A stretch of 64,000 nucleotides of DNA from contig NMRA01000175.1 of assembly GCA_002633005.1 (NCBI GenBank), positions 147,432 through 211,431 on the forward strand, given 5' to 3'. The stretch's first letter is position 1. Each line of letters begins with the position of its first letter. Below the pieces are notes generated by a model. The model was not told the DNA's origin. It made no database searches and saw nothing but the letters and a program-made list of their open reading frames with translations. Below are positions 13,354 through 25,802 of this stretch, piece by piece. The translations under genes were made by a program, and so were the position numbers. Source of the DNA: Phoronis australis (Eukaryota; Animalia; Phoronida).

Positions 13354-13834
13354 CAGTAGTCCATATGGTGACGTCATTTTTCAGCGATTCTTGACTCATC
13401 AAAGATTTGAAGCGAAGGGAGTCCAAAGCTACGTGAGAATTTTCTTCCTGGCATTTTCTTTTCGCGCTTTCCCAATTCACTGATACGTTGCTCAGTTTGA
13501 AGCATGAATGTTCTATGTAACGAAATTCGCTTGGACAATACAGTTTACTCAGAATGAGTTCAAGGGAAGACAATGTCTTTTCATTTTGATATCTCCCGTT
13601 CTGAATTAACTTAGAAACATTTAGTGATATGACATCACGTATGTCTTTCAATTCAGTTTGCATGGTGTTAAGAATTGTCGCTTTAAACTCCCGGTTGTTT
13701 CGCTCTTCCTCTTTCAGTAAGGTGATGATTGACTCTTCGAGAACAGATCTCTTCACGGCAGCCGAAGCCACCTGGAGAGACGCTATTTGATTATTCAGCA
13801 CAACGGCAACTAAGAGAATATAAGCGCTGAACAT
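13354..13834 (-). CDS. Gene 1, coding exon 1: signal peptide + predicted coiled coil + N-terminal half of a C-type lectin-like domain
   Basis: ATG at 13834 (an in-frame upstream ATG at 13861 is an alternative). Hydrophobic N-terminus MFSAYILLVAVVLNNQIASLQVASA. CTLD N-terminal pattern YCPSEF..IEHSCFKL....NWESAKRKCQ..NSHVA...TIW. The exon ends at a phase-1 donor G|GTAAGT (13354/13353). A paralog lies at 55533-56034. Confidence 0.85.
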
Positions 13835-13927
13835 TTTTCCTAAGGAATCCAAAATGTTCATAGACACAAAATAAGCCTTTCCGCGAGACCCGACGAACAA
13901 CAGCACAGTTACTAGTTTGTAACGCCG

Positions 13928-13999
13928 CCTTTTAAAGACTCGGGTTTCGCTAAAGAATAGTTCCCACTTGTCAATCAAACTAATTATTCCGGCCAATCA
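13928..13999 (-). promoter_or_regulatory. Putative core promoter of gene 1 (CCAAT box + TATA-like element)
   Basis: GGCCAATCAC (CCAAT 13993-13997) and minus-strand TTTAAAAGG (13928-13936), ~100-160 bp upstream of the ATG. Both are conserved in gene 2. Confidence 0.4.
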
Positions 14000-14289
14000 C
14001 AGCCCAGAACATCGTACACATCAGGATAGGGCGTCACCATTCTCTCTCAAACACTGTTTGCGATCGAAAGAACCAAGAGGGTTTAAGGATGGGCTCGTTG
14101 ATTCGCGCCTACAGTCCGAGGTACAACATCTTGGACTCCATGATGCATCCGAGATTAACATGCATCCACACTAGGACACCGGGACTCTGTGGCACTCTGT
14201 CTACAGCGACTAATAAAACCCTCCATCAATTTCGAAAAGTGACAAGTCAGATGAATCAGATTCGGTAGTGGTTGCTTCTTGGGTCCTAG

Positions 14290-17200
14290 TAGACCGGCAG
14301 TCCAGAGCACTTAGCATAGATGAACGAGGTACCAACATCTGACCACGGGAGCATTTAGAGTCCACCTCAGTATGTTCAAAAATGGACGTCTGCCGTAGTC
14401 TGCACTCTGGGTGTGACCCCTGGGGGTCTTACAAAGGGCCCAAAAATGAGCTAGACTAGATATTCGAGGTACCGGCCAAAACTGATTTAAAATGAACGAT
14501 AGTACCGCACTGAACACCGAATGACCCATGACAGAAAAATTGCACTCTGGAATGGGTCCGGCAGAACCCCCCAAAAATCTCAACCACGGTATGCCAGAGT
14601 TAGACTAGACTTTCGAGATACCAGCCAAAACTGATTTCAAACGAACAACAGTGTCGCACTGAACACCAAATGACCCATGACAGACAAATTGCCCACTGGA
14701 ATGGGTCCGGCAAAAACCAAAAAAGGACCCCCCAAAATGAGCTGGCACATACATTCGAAGTACCACACAAAACAATTCCATGAGATTCAATACATGTCAC
14801 AGGTCACTAAATGCCCTATGACAGACAAATTACACTCTAGATTGTGCCAGGCAGAAACACCCCAAAATCCCCCACCAGGTATGCCATAAAAATTTGAGCC
14901 AGACTAGATTGTCGAGGTACCGGCCAAAACTTATTTAAAACGAACAATAGTACCGCACTGAACACCAAATGACCCATGACAGACAAATTGCACTCTGGCA
15001 TGGGTCCTGCAGAAACCAAAAAACGACCCCTCTAAAAAATGAGCTAGCACATACATTCGAGGTACCACACAAAACCAAATCCATGAAATTCAATACATGT
15101 CACAGGTTACTAAATTCCCTATGACAGACAAAATTCGCTCTGGATTGTGGCTAGCAGAAACCCTAAAAATCTGAGCCACGTATGCCATTTTTTGAGACAG
15201 TTAGATTTTCAAGGTATCGAATTAAACTGATTTAAAAACAACAACCGTGCTGCACTGAAAAACCAATGACCAATGAAAGACAAATTTTACTCTGGACATA
15301 GTCGACCAGAAACCCAGAAAGGACCTTAAAAATGGAGCTACAATTGTCCATGTAGTTTTCCCATGCTAGTTCAAGTACTCGGTTGGGAAACCCAAACAAC
15401 TGGATAATAAGACGTTAAAAAGCGCACCAGGGAAATTGAAGTATTGATATTCTCAATTGGTGACAAAAGTGGTGTATTTAAGTCAACTGCAAAAAGCGGG
15501 ACCGCAGGAAACAAAAACTAATTATATAAAGCTTTCGTTCACTGAAGCCTGTATTTACTCTTAAGATGCTATCACAACAAGCGAAAAGCAGACGGGTGTC
15601 AAGATATAAGACAATTAACTCACATCGTGGTAAGTTTTTGAAGAAACTTTTAAATGATTTCGAAATTCGGTGTAGTGTATATAGTGTTTGCAATGTTTTA
15701 GTTTCGCGGAGTCATTTGTCGANACAATAGTACCGCACTGAATACCAAATGACCCATGACAGACAAATTGCACTCTGGAATGGGTCCGGCAGAAACCAAA
15801 AAAAACCCTCTAAAAATGAGCTAGCACATACTGTACATTCGAGGTACCACACAAAACCAAATCCATGAAATTCAATACATGTCACAGGTTACTAAATTCC
15901 CTATGACAGACAAAATTCGCTCTGGATTGTGGCTAGCAGAAACCCTAAAAATCTCAGCCACGTATGTCATTTTTTGAGACAGTTAGATTTTCAAGGTATC
16001 GAATTAAATTGATTTAAAAACAACAACCGTGCTGCACTGAACACCCAATGACCAATGAAAGACAAATTTTACTCTGGACATAGTCGACCAGAAACCCAGA
16101 AAGGACCTTAAAAATGGAGCTACAATTGTCCATGTAGTTTTCCCATGCTAGTTCAAGTACTCGGTTGGGAAACCCAAACAACTGGATAATAAGACGTTAA
16201 AAAGCGCACCAGGGAAATTGAAGTATTGATATTCTCAATTGGTGACAAAAGTGGTGTATTTAAGTCAACTGCAAAAAGCGGGACCGCAGGAAACAAAAAC
16301 TAATTATATAAAGCTTTCGTTCACTGAAGCCTGTATTTACTCTTAAGATGCTATCACAACAAGCGAAAAGCAGACGGGTGTCAAGATATAAGACAATTAA
16401 CTCACATCGTGGTAAGTTTTTGAAGAAACTTTTAAATGATTTCGAAATTCGGTGTAGTGTATATAGTGTTTGCAATGTTTTAGTTTCGCGGAGTCATTTG
16501 TCGATGGTCGATATAACGTCCTCCGTGACAAAATACAAATCACCCCTAATTTGGTGTGCAGAAACGTACTTGAGTCCCAATGCTATTTAAATAAATATAT
16601 AAACAACGACGTGTTTCGGTAACAAGGGGTGGTAGGTTAGGTGATTAATTCACCACATCTCTTTAGACAGACAAGAAGAGTTCTTGAAAACACACCCGAC
16701 ATTTCAAAGTCACATGGCTGAGTACAATACATTTTTAGACACAGGCGCGTCCGTTAACTTAAAAACCCGGATGTGCGAAGACCGTCTGCCATGACATCAC
16801 GGAATGTGTTCCTTGAATTTGTGATTTTGGCATTCTTTTGGCATTTTTGTCGCCAAATCACCACTCGAAGGCAATTTGAAGAAATCAAATGAAAGAAGGT
16901 ATTCTAAGAGATGTTCGATGCTAGTTTCGTGGAGTCCCATGCACATTTGAGTAGAAAATTTTGAGGAAATAGATTTCGAGTGTCCAACCTTTATGTTTTC
17001 TTATATGTATTATTGAGTGACGTCATTTGCGATCGAGGAACAGATAAACCCAAGCGCCTGTGTTTTTAGAGATGTAGTGTGCGGAAATCTCGGCCCAACT
17101 ACGAAGTTCTGAGACTGTACATATACATGATTAATCCTCTTTCAGGAATCTGATGCTTGCTTTGCGCACAAACAACATTGCGGACTACATAGAAGTACTC

Positions 17201-20147
17201 CCAGGTCTCATCAATTACCCTCGTTAAGGTTGTCTTTTTCTCGACCAGCTCAAAAACGTCGCACCACAAACTCGAATGATTCTGGAATCAGGGGCGTTCT
17301 CGGTTAGAAGAACTAGCAAATTTTTTTCAAGTGCAGCAATAGATTTAATTCTTGAACAGACCGTTAACATAGATGCAGCTTCACCTTTGAAAGGAATTAG
17401 GAATTTTCACAATTCCAACTCTGCCTTGAGAAGATGATGCATTACATTAACTCAGCGAGGTATGTCTGTTACGGAGTTGAGGTATCTGGAAGGACTAGTC
17501 TGAAGAGGAACCAGCAATGCATCTACGAGGAAGTAGAATTGACAAAGATAGCCACGACAAAAAATACCAACTGATGAATGCAATTTCAAATTCCTGTGAT
17601 CCCTTTTCAGAGCCAGCAACAACATCGGATTATTTGCTGAATACTGCTGCTGGTAAAGCAGTCGCACAAGAAACCAAAGAGTATTTAACCGGGTGCTTTG
17701 ATGCTGGACGCAAACTCCGACTGCAATTCCAAGATCAGTGTTCAACTGATAAGCAGAGGTTTTTGAAGCAAATTAGACGACCAAAAGTGCACAATTTTGC
17801 AAAAGAAAGCATAAACAAGAAGCAACCTCTGGGCAAGGACAAGTCAATAGCTGAGAGCCTTCCAGACGTTTTCATTCGTTTACTAGTTATCATTTCGGAA
17901 ATGTCAGCTTTTGACATGAGATATGTGATGACGTCTCCAATTACGCAATACCCACTGTCCATTGCACACTTTGACGGATCCATGATCAAGATAGAAAAAA
18001 GCAAGTTGCTAGGTAAACTTGAGGGTTTCCAAGGAGGCTTCTCAGAAACACCTGTTCCGTTGATTGACGTGACCTTAATAGATGGGGAGTCTTGCTACAT
18101 TCGTTTCTGTCTTCAAGTGGAAACATCGTCTCTTATGGAAATCTGGCCCGAAACCTTCTAGACTACGTCTGCGCAAGCTCAAGTAAGGAGGTCCATGTCT
18201 TATTTGATGTATAAAAAACGCTCTCGCTGAAGAGTAGCGAATGGCAATTGCGTGGAGCAGAAGACTAACCTTTCGTCATCAATGGACAAAAGCAAACACC
18301 CCTTACAGTGTTACCATGGCAGCTGATCATCCACCAGATCTTCAAGGCTCCCACGAAGAAGAAGACAGTCACGCTTCTTGACTTCCACTTAGCCAACTAA
18401 AGTGGCAATACATTGATCAGGGCTTCTCGACACGAATGCTATTGTAACATACTGTCATCGGAATGATCGTACGACAAGTGAAGAGCGGCAGAGAAATACC
18501 TTTCGAGCGTGTAATAATGGACTGTGGATCTAATAATAACCGCAGACGTTTTGACGTCACCGCTATTGTTCACACTTTAGAGTCTATACAATATGGTCTC
18601 GCTGCAGCATTGCCTGGTCTGTATGCAATGACAGGGTGTGACGTCACAGCAGCACTGTATAGGAAAGGGAAAGTGAGGCCTCTGAAAATCCTGATGAAAG
18701 ACTCATCTGGGACACTTATCAGCTTCTTCTCAGAGTTAACAAGCGTAGATGTCCCTGACGAAAGAAAGTTAGAAGAATACATATGCATTCTATTTAGTGA
18801 AGGGCGGAGTCAAAGATGTCAATGAAGCAAGATATCTGAAATTAATCGAGATGACCGGAAAAATAAACAAGGTAATAACTGTAATTGATAAAATATAGTT
18901 CATAAAATCAACGAAAATAATTTAAAATGTTTTCCTAGTATTAAACCAAAAGGCCCAATTTCACGTCATACTTAAAAAACAGTACATGGTGGTGAGGTTT
19001 TATGTTCTTGTTCGTCAGCTGTTAGACAATTGGTCCCTCGTCAATAAAATTTTCTCACTATTTATTTCAGGAAAAGCAGATGCCCAGCATCACGAAGATT
19101 GACTGCGCATTGCTTCCTCCTTGCCGAAATACACTATTGAACTGACTCAAACGAGCCCATTATGTTGCGCTGGGGTCAAGCGGATTCGGTCGATCCGGGA
19201 AACGGTTTTAACTGTCATAGGGTATTTGGTAACCAGTAACATCTATTTTAATCACATGATGACGTAGCTCCTCTTAAGGTGTAATTGAGTTTCTGGCGAA
19301 CGCCTTCCAGGGCACAATTTGTAGTCTGTCATGGGTCATCTGGTGCGGCACGATTATTGGTTTTATCAGTTTTAGCCGGTATCTAGGGTATCTAATGTAC
19401 CTCAAAGTTTTGATAGCATACTGTGGTTGATATTTTTTGAGGGTTTCTGCCAGGCACAATCCAGAGTGTATTTTGTCTGTCATAGGGCATGTATTGAATC
19501 TCATGGAATTGGTTTTGTGTGGTACCTCGAAGTATGTATTAGCTCATTTTAGGGGTCTCCTTTGTGGTTTCTGCCGGACCCATTCCAGAGTGCAGTTTGT
19601 CTGTCATGGGTCATTCAATGTTCAGTGCGGTACTATTGTTCGTTTTAAATCAGTTTTGGCCGGTACCTCGAAAATCTAATCTGGCTCAAATTTTTGATGG
19701 CATACCCTTGTTGAAATTTTTGGGGGTTTCTGCCGGTCACAACCCAGAGAGTATTTTGTCTGTCATAGGGGTTTTAGTGATCTGTGACATCTATTGAATC
19801 ACATGGAGTTGGTTTTTTGTGGTACCTGGAATGTATGTGATAGCTCATTTTGAGGGTGTCCTTTTTGGTTTCTGCCGGACCCATTCCAGAGTGCAATTTG
19901 TCTATCATGGGTCATTCGGTGTTCAGTGCGGTACTATTGTTCGTTTAAAATCAGTTCTGGCCTGTACCTCGAATATCCAGTCTAGCTCAGTTTTTGGGCC
20001 CTTTGTAAGTCCCCCAGGGGTCACATACAGAGTGCAGACAACGGCAGACGTCCATTTCTGTACATACTGAGGTGGACTCTAAATGCTCCCGTGGTCAGAT
20101 GTTGGTACCTTGTTCATCTATGCTAAGTGCTCTGGGCTGCCGGTCTA
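14290..20147 (+). mobile_element. Academ (AcademX-type) DNA transposon with long TIRs and 3-bp TSD
   Basis: Termini TAGACCGGCAG...CTGCCGGTCTA. Inverted arms of several hundred bp with internal subrepeats (14290-~15350 vs ~19210-20147). TSD TAG at 14287-14289 and 20148-20150. The empty site GGGTCCTAG-GTAAAACAGGACC is visible in the paralog at 1937-1958. Internal XPG/FEN1-like coding remnants. Confidence 0.8.
17330..19190 (+). pseudogene. Decayed Academ transposase / XPG-like nuclease coding region
   Basis: Broken ORFs with motifs YPLSIAHFDGSMIK.EKSKLL, LIDG, SHEEED (~18350), LPGLYAMTGCDVTAALYRKGKVRPLKIL (H3TH-like) and LPPCR..L...RAHYVA (~19110). Stops and frameshifts are present. Probable intron ~18872-19070. 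Confidence 0.7.
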
Positions 20148-22198
20148 TAGGGAAAACAGGACCGGCAGTCTGATGCAACGGGACTAGAACCTCACCGGTA
20201 TTTTTGATACGCAGTTCAACACCAAGATTCCAGAGACCTTGTCTTTTTGTCCATGTCACCACTTTCAGTTGATAGTTTTGAGACCAAAAGGAAGCTTTTT
20301 ATATTACCTTATGATAGTTTTAGGAGCATTTCAGTTGTAAGTGTATTTCATTGTGTTTGATTTGAAAGCGTTGACTGTTACATTGGTAATTATTACTGTT
20401 CTATTATTACTATATACTTTTATTCTCAGATATGCTTCCTGGGTATATTTTGGGGAAAAATCTAACATACACAAACTGGGCACATATTCTTCTGGTCTTA
20501 TATACGGAAGTCTACGGTGGGCCTTCTTAAACCTGTAAACCATGAAAATTTTAATCGAGACAGTTTTTTAACTAGTACGTTCAACCAGGAAGTCGGTCAG
20601 TACGTTCGCGTTTAAGGCGTTATCGCAACGGGTAAGTGTTGTTTTAATTTTTGTTTGGTGTTTCCATATTTCATTCTGTAATGTTTTCCCTCTTCAGATA
20701 GTTCTTTCAACGGNATTACATGTACATACCCCAGGTGATGCACATCTACAGCAAAGGTAAATGATTGCGGGAAGTATTACCAGCTATTTCCGTACATATG
20801 TTAGGGAGACAAAATGTCAGATGTAACAATACACAAGAACCTATATTCGGCAATGCCGAATACATGAACGCACGTATGAAACTCTAGCTCGCCCTAAATA
20901 TATCCTAGTGAGAATAATACTATTTTTAGATTTCAACTATACACTTTTATTCTCAGATATGCTTCCTGGGTATATTTTGGGGAAAAATCTAACATACACA
21001 AACTGGGCACATATTCTTCTGGTCTTATATACGGAAGTCTACGGTGGGCCTTCTTAAACCTGTAAACCATGAAAATTTTAATCGAGACAGTTTTTTAACT
21101 AGTACGTTCAACCAGGAAGTCGGTCAGTACGTTCGCGTTTAAGGCGTTATCGCAACGGGTAAGTGTTGTTTTAATTTTTGTTTGGTGTTTCCATATTTCA
21201 TTCTGTAATGTTTTCCCTCTTCAGATAGTTCTTTCAACGGTGGACAATAGTTTTCTGATAGATTGTTATACTTTAACAACGTTTCTGTAAACATAGAGAC
21301 TTGAGTAAACTCGCGGCTCTCCATACTTAAAATTTTAGCAGAAGTGTATGACTTCCATCAGACCTGTAGGAAGAACTATGGTCCGTAACTGTGGGTAATG
21401 TACGACGCAATGAAATGAACACGGACGATAGAGATAGGATTGTAATTGGCTAAGTATATATTAAGTAACAAATGGAAAATTAAGTATAAAAATAAACAGA
21501 AAGGTTCTTGAATTGCCTGTTTTACGTCTTTATGAGTTCAGTGATGTACTGTGATTTCGTTTTTCTTTTCATGTCGTCACCAGTCTATTCTTCGAACAGT
21601 CGTGATCAGCTGGGAACCTATTGTATCAACGTGTGCAATTACGGTCTCGGGGGGGGGGTGCACCTGGATGAAAACACCCGAAGGATTAGTGGGACTAAAT
21701 CGACATTGGTGTGCAGCAGGAGACCAAGGACGCAAAGCAGTAGTGACTGGGGTGTAACTGCGCGAAATTGTTGACGATAGGAGGGACGACGATAAACTGG
21801 TAACGATCGGGTGGAACGGCACTGTTGTCATCCGTCCAGGTTTCAATAGCCCAAGCTACCTGATTGGGTTAAGTGTACACGTTAATGACACTTTTCTCTT
21901 TCGCAATTTAGGAAAATATGTGTTTAAGGACAAATCGATTCTTTATACATACTGCTCATGCCGACTTCTAAAATTTTTGAAAAGATTTAGCTCACCAAAT
22001 TCGAACAACAGCGAAATGGCACATTTTTAGGACCGCCAAATTCGACACCACAAAAATCTTGACCAAGAATGCTTGTTCTTTTGGAATCAATTGTGAGTGT
22101 CTGAAAATGTACGTGCTGTAGATTAGCGAATCATTTAGTCTTGTCACTGTACGTAAGTGTACAACGGGGAAACGTCTACTGGTACGTATGAACGACCC

Positions 22199-22354
22199 CT
22201 AGCGTGCGTTCAGTAGACGTTAGGACCTACGCTAGGACCTAGCTAAAACCTAGTCAAAGTCACGTGTTCTCGTTTAAAATGCACGGCAATACCTCACGTA
22301 ATCTCGCGAAGTCTTGCTTTTTAGCGAGGTCCTAGCGTTACTGAACGGGAGGCT
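22199..22354 (+). mobile_element. Half copy of the 883-1192 palindromic element
   Basis: Matches 1039-1190 (GCGTGCGTTCAGTAGACG...CTGAACGGGAGGC). Confidence 0.7.
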
Positions 22355-22850
22355 GGACTGCGAAACCAGATTAGGCAAATATTCGCGAGATGACACAGGT
22401 CCTTGCATAATAGCAATCTTATCGCGTGATCACACTAGCTACGTGTATACCTGCGTTGCGTCTACGTGGCCTAGCCCATTTCCGTGAAGAGAACAGAAAT
22501 GTGTGAATGGAGCTAGACATATAAATGGGCAGGCGTAATCTGTGAAAAACATTGCTTCCCAAGGTCCATATGGATTACGCAGTTTCATACGTTAGTCTTA
22601 ACAATTCGGGGATACATGATCACAACCACACTGACTGTGGAGAATTTGTTGCTGTAGTAGGCTCGTAATCATAGGTGGAGGACGACAGGATACCACATTT
22701 TTCAAAAAGCAATTAATATGTTTTCCTATAATTAAAAAGTAGTCACCAGATGAAATGCCGAAAAAATAGGGAAAGTTTTAATGAAATGAAAGTGAAGTGC
22801 CTTTTATACTCTTTAAACATTGATTTCTTTATTTAGTGGTCGGTAGTACG

Positions 22851-23786
22851 CGTACGCCTCTTTTAAACAATACAAACCATGGATTTTTGCACATTTCGAA
22901 TTACCGGTGACCACAGACTAAATGTATGACGTAAAATTTAGCCAAATCCATGATTATTTTGTGTCATTAGCTCGAAATTTTGATTTCTCTTTCAATTTTG
23001 CCAATTTTCACATTTCCCGCCATGTGAGATCATGAGTTGAACACAAGAGATCAGCGACTAGCATTGAACAACGGCGGAGACTAGGGAATTTGAAAGCGAC
23101 AACGATTATGAGCAAGAAATGAACAAATACTATGAAGAAACGTACGAGAATGGTGGCCAGGATGACGAAATGGGGTTGCACGAAAGCGAGTACGAGTTTG
23201 ATATGTTTTCAGCTGCGTACTTTTCTACTTTGGATCCTCCCGCGAGAGAAGCGGCCTCGGGCTCAGCCATTCAACCCAGACATCCAACAGACGATCCTGA
23301 ATAAAGAGCCGATGTTTCTGAATAGTAAATATTGTCCTTTATTGAACCAGGCCTTCATCGTGATTGAAGTGGGCAGAACACAGAGTGGCTCCGGACAGAA
23401 TCGCTTGGTCCACGGTGAGGTCCCACACTCTGGTTCGGCGCACGACGCGGTGCCACTACTGCGCAACTTTGGCGTCCTTCGGAACACCGAGACGTTCTCC
23501 GTCTGACTGCTGTTGCTGCAGCCTCCGCAAACACATCTTTTCATCCCTCTACGAACCTTCTCGACGCTAAATATACTTTACTTTCACTTCACTCTATAAA
23601 CTTAGTTGCTGATCCGAACAGTGTGCCGAACGACTTGGGTTCAACCCATGACGTTGTACATAATTATTATTTTTATCAATTTTTACGTGTTTCTTTATGA
23701 GCTGTGCACTAAAGGCACTGAAATCAAGTAAGATATAATAATAAAATTTATTTTGAGGTACTAGAGTCATGTTGCGTACACTTTAA
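22851..23786 (-). mobile_element. THAP-containing Kolobok-like deletion derivative
   Basis: Absent from the paralogous site (~61900-61920). The right end is CGTACAC-T-TTAA. On the minus strand MKRCVCGGCSN..(frameshift)F-KD...W...RRTR.W...LCSAHF matches the THAP C2CH pattern (23360-23544). The left terminus is degenerate. Confidence 0.55.
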
Positions 23787-25722
23787 GTGCTACTGGCTAA
23801 AGTATTCACTCTTTATTATTGAGATATGTAGTGCGGATAAAAATCGTCCCAAGAAGCTAGTGTCCAAAGAAGCAAAAGAGATCACGGAGGCAACTTATTA
23901 TGACAAAATAGTAATACAAAAGTATAGAATTGTCAGTCTTCTTACGTGTCATCGGGTGGTCACATCACGTGACATGTAAATAAGTGAGTGTAGAAACATC
24001 TCTGTTCCTACCGTAAATTGAACTTAGGATTTTATCGTAATCGTTCAGCTGCTCTAGTCCTCTAAACTACAGGAACGACCCGTCCAATGCAGAAATCCAA
24101 TCAGACTTACATTATGCGTTTGACCCAAGCTCGGGTGTGCACACACGCGCGCGCACATTCACAAACACATACACCCTACAAACACGCAGCACAATATAAT
24201 TTTGGCCAACACATGTCGGATAAAAAAAGTATTACCTCATAATTATAGCAGACCAAACGTGCAATTTCTTACATTTCAATTATATACATATTATAGCAGA
24301 TTAAACAATAATAATAATCGTTGGAAAGATGAACAATAAAAAGTACCACATGACTGCACGGAGAAAGAAAATGGGAGGAGATTGCGGCATTGTGCACAAC
24401 TACTTACAGTATGATGCCACCCGGATACCAAACCCTAACCCCAGGTGGCAAGCTCAAAGGGGAGGTATGTTTACTCAAATGAAAAGTTGCCATGTGTTCG
24501 CTCACTAAGATCATAAGTAAGGCATAAGGGTAACACTGGGGTACATGTATATACATAGACCGAGAGTAGGTAGTAATAATGAGACAGAGTAAATGGCTGT
24601 CAATAAAGCTGGGGTAGAATGTACTAAAAATCAATGAAAAATAAGGTGATAAAATGATATTCACAATGTAAATAGATAGAAATCAAGGACCAGTTCCGAA
24701 AAAACTGACTTAGCTACTTTAACTTTCAGTCAATTTTAAGAGAAAACTTAAATTTATCTCAAGAAACATATCTTAAGCTGGACTTAAGTTTTTTACTTAA
24801 GTTTTGTTTCAATTTTGACCATCTTACCGAATGTGGAAGTTTCAAAGATTGGAAGCTGGGAGAAATCTTAGACTTCAGCCAAAATGAACTTACGTCAGTT
24901 TCTTGGAACGGGTTCAGAGATGGAGGCAATAGCAGCACAGTTGAGGATTGTGTTTGATAAACAAGCGTATGAATATGTCTTGTTTTTGAAAGACTGTCTT
25001 CTGATGTGCTTGCTTCTTTTTTAGATTTGAAGCCTCATTATTTCTAATATTAGGAACGGACACGCCATTGGGAATTAAAAGGCTAAAACTAGCACAAACA
25101 AACAAACATGTTAATGACAGGATGCAAGAACACGAGATGACGCTGAAGCAGTAGAAGTAGAAAACAAAGCATATTACTGGAAGAGGCTATCAAGTGCATA
25201 CGTTTAGCGCTCCTTTTTGTTTCAAATCAATGTAGTAACACAGCACGAGATCGAGTGATGACGACGTTCGTGCTTCACAACCGAGCTCGGGCAGGATGAC
25301 AATTTGTCACGACGGAAGACTTTGGACTTTAAAACAGTTTGAAAAACTTGCATTTCAGAATGGGCATGGAAATTAGATTTTTTAATATATGTTTCGTTAA
25401 TCGTGCTATGTTAATTCATCTTTTTTACGAAAGAGAATTCCGATCGGACGAGTGTCAGTACTTCCATTATACAGACGACCTGGCATGTACATCACGGATT
25501 CAATGTACTATCCAGTCAAAAAAGCAGAGATTCGTGAGCTGAATAAAATCGAAAATCTTTTGAAAATGTTTTTGATATGTAGATATCTCCAGTCTTTTTC
25601 AACTCCATGGCGTCATGGAATCTCAAACTTCAGTTCGGTTAGTTAAAAGTAACGGACGTGAAGTTTGGGATTCATGAAGTCAAAGACATTGAAACAGTGC
25701 AAAATTATTATTTATGTGACAC

Positions 25723-25802
25723 GTGTGTGTGTGTTTGTGCGTTTGCGCGCGCGCGCCCGTGTGTGTGTGTGTGTGTGTATGTGTGTGTGTGTGTGTGTGT
25801 GT
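25723..25802 (+). repeat. (TG)n/(CG)n microsatellite
   Basis: Directly visible. Confidence 0.95.

Larger units (their letters stand above)
20148..24950 (+). repeat. Segmental repeat block, copy B
   Basis: Collinear with copies A and C, with private insertions and a deletion. Confidence 0.88.

Noticed and set aside
13835-13996. N-terminal extension of ORF 13313-13996
   Set aside because: It begins at a non-ATG codon, the frame is not conserved in gene 2, and it overlaps the putative promoter.
14945-16502. ~780-bp direct tandem duplication (identical 71-aa ORFs at 15478 and 16260)
   Set aside because: The copies are joined at a single n (15723). Most likely an uncollapsed contig or haplotype overlap, and the ORFs are spurious.
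20410-21240. Direct duplication 20410-20713 / 20940-21240
   Set aside because: The junction is at a single n (20714); probable assembly overlap of alleles.
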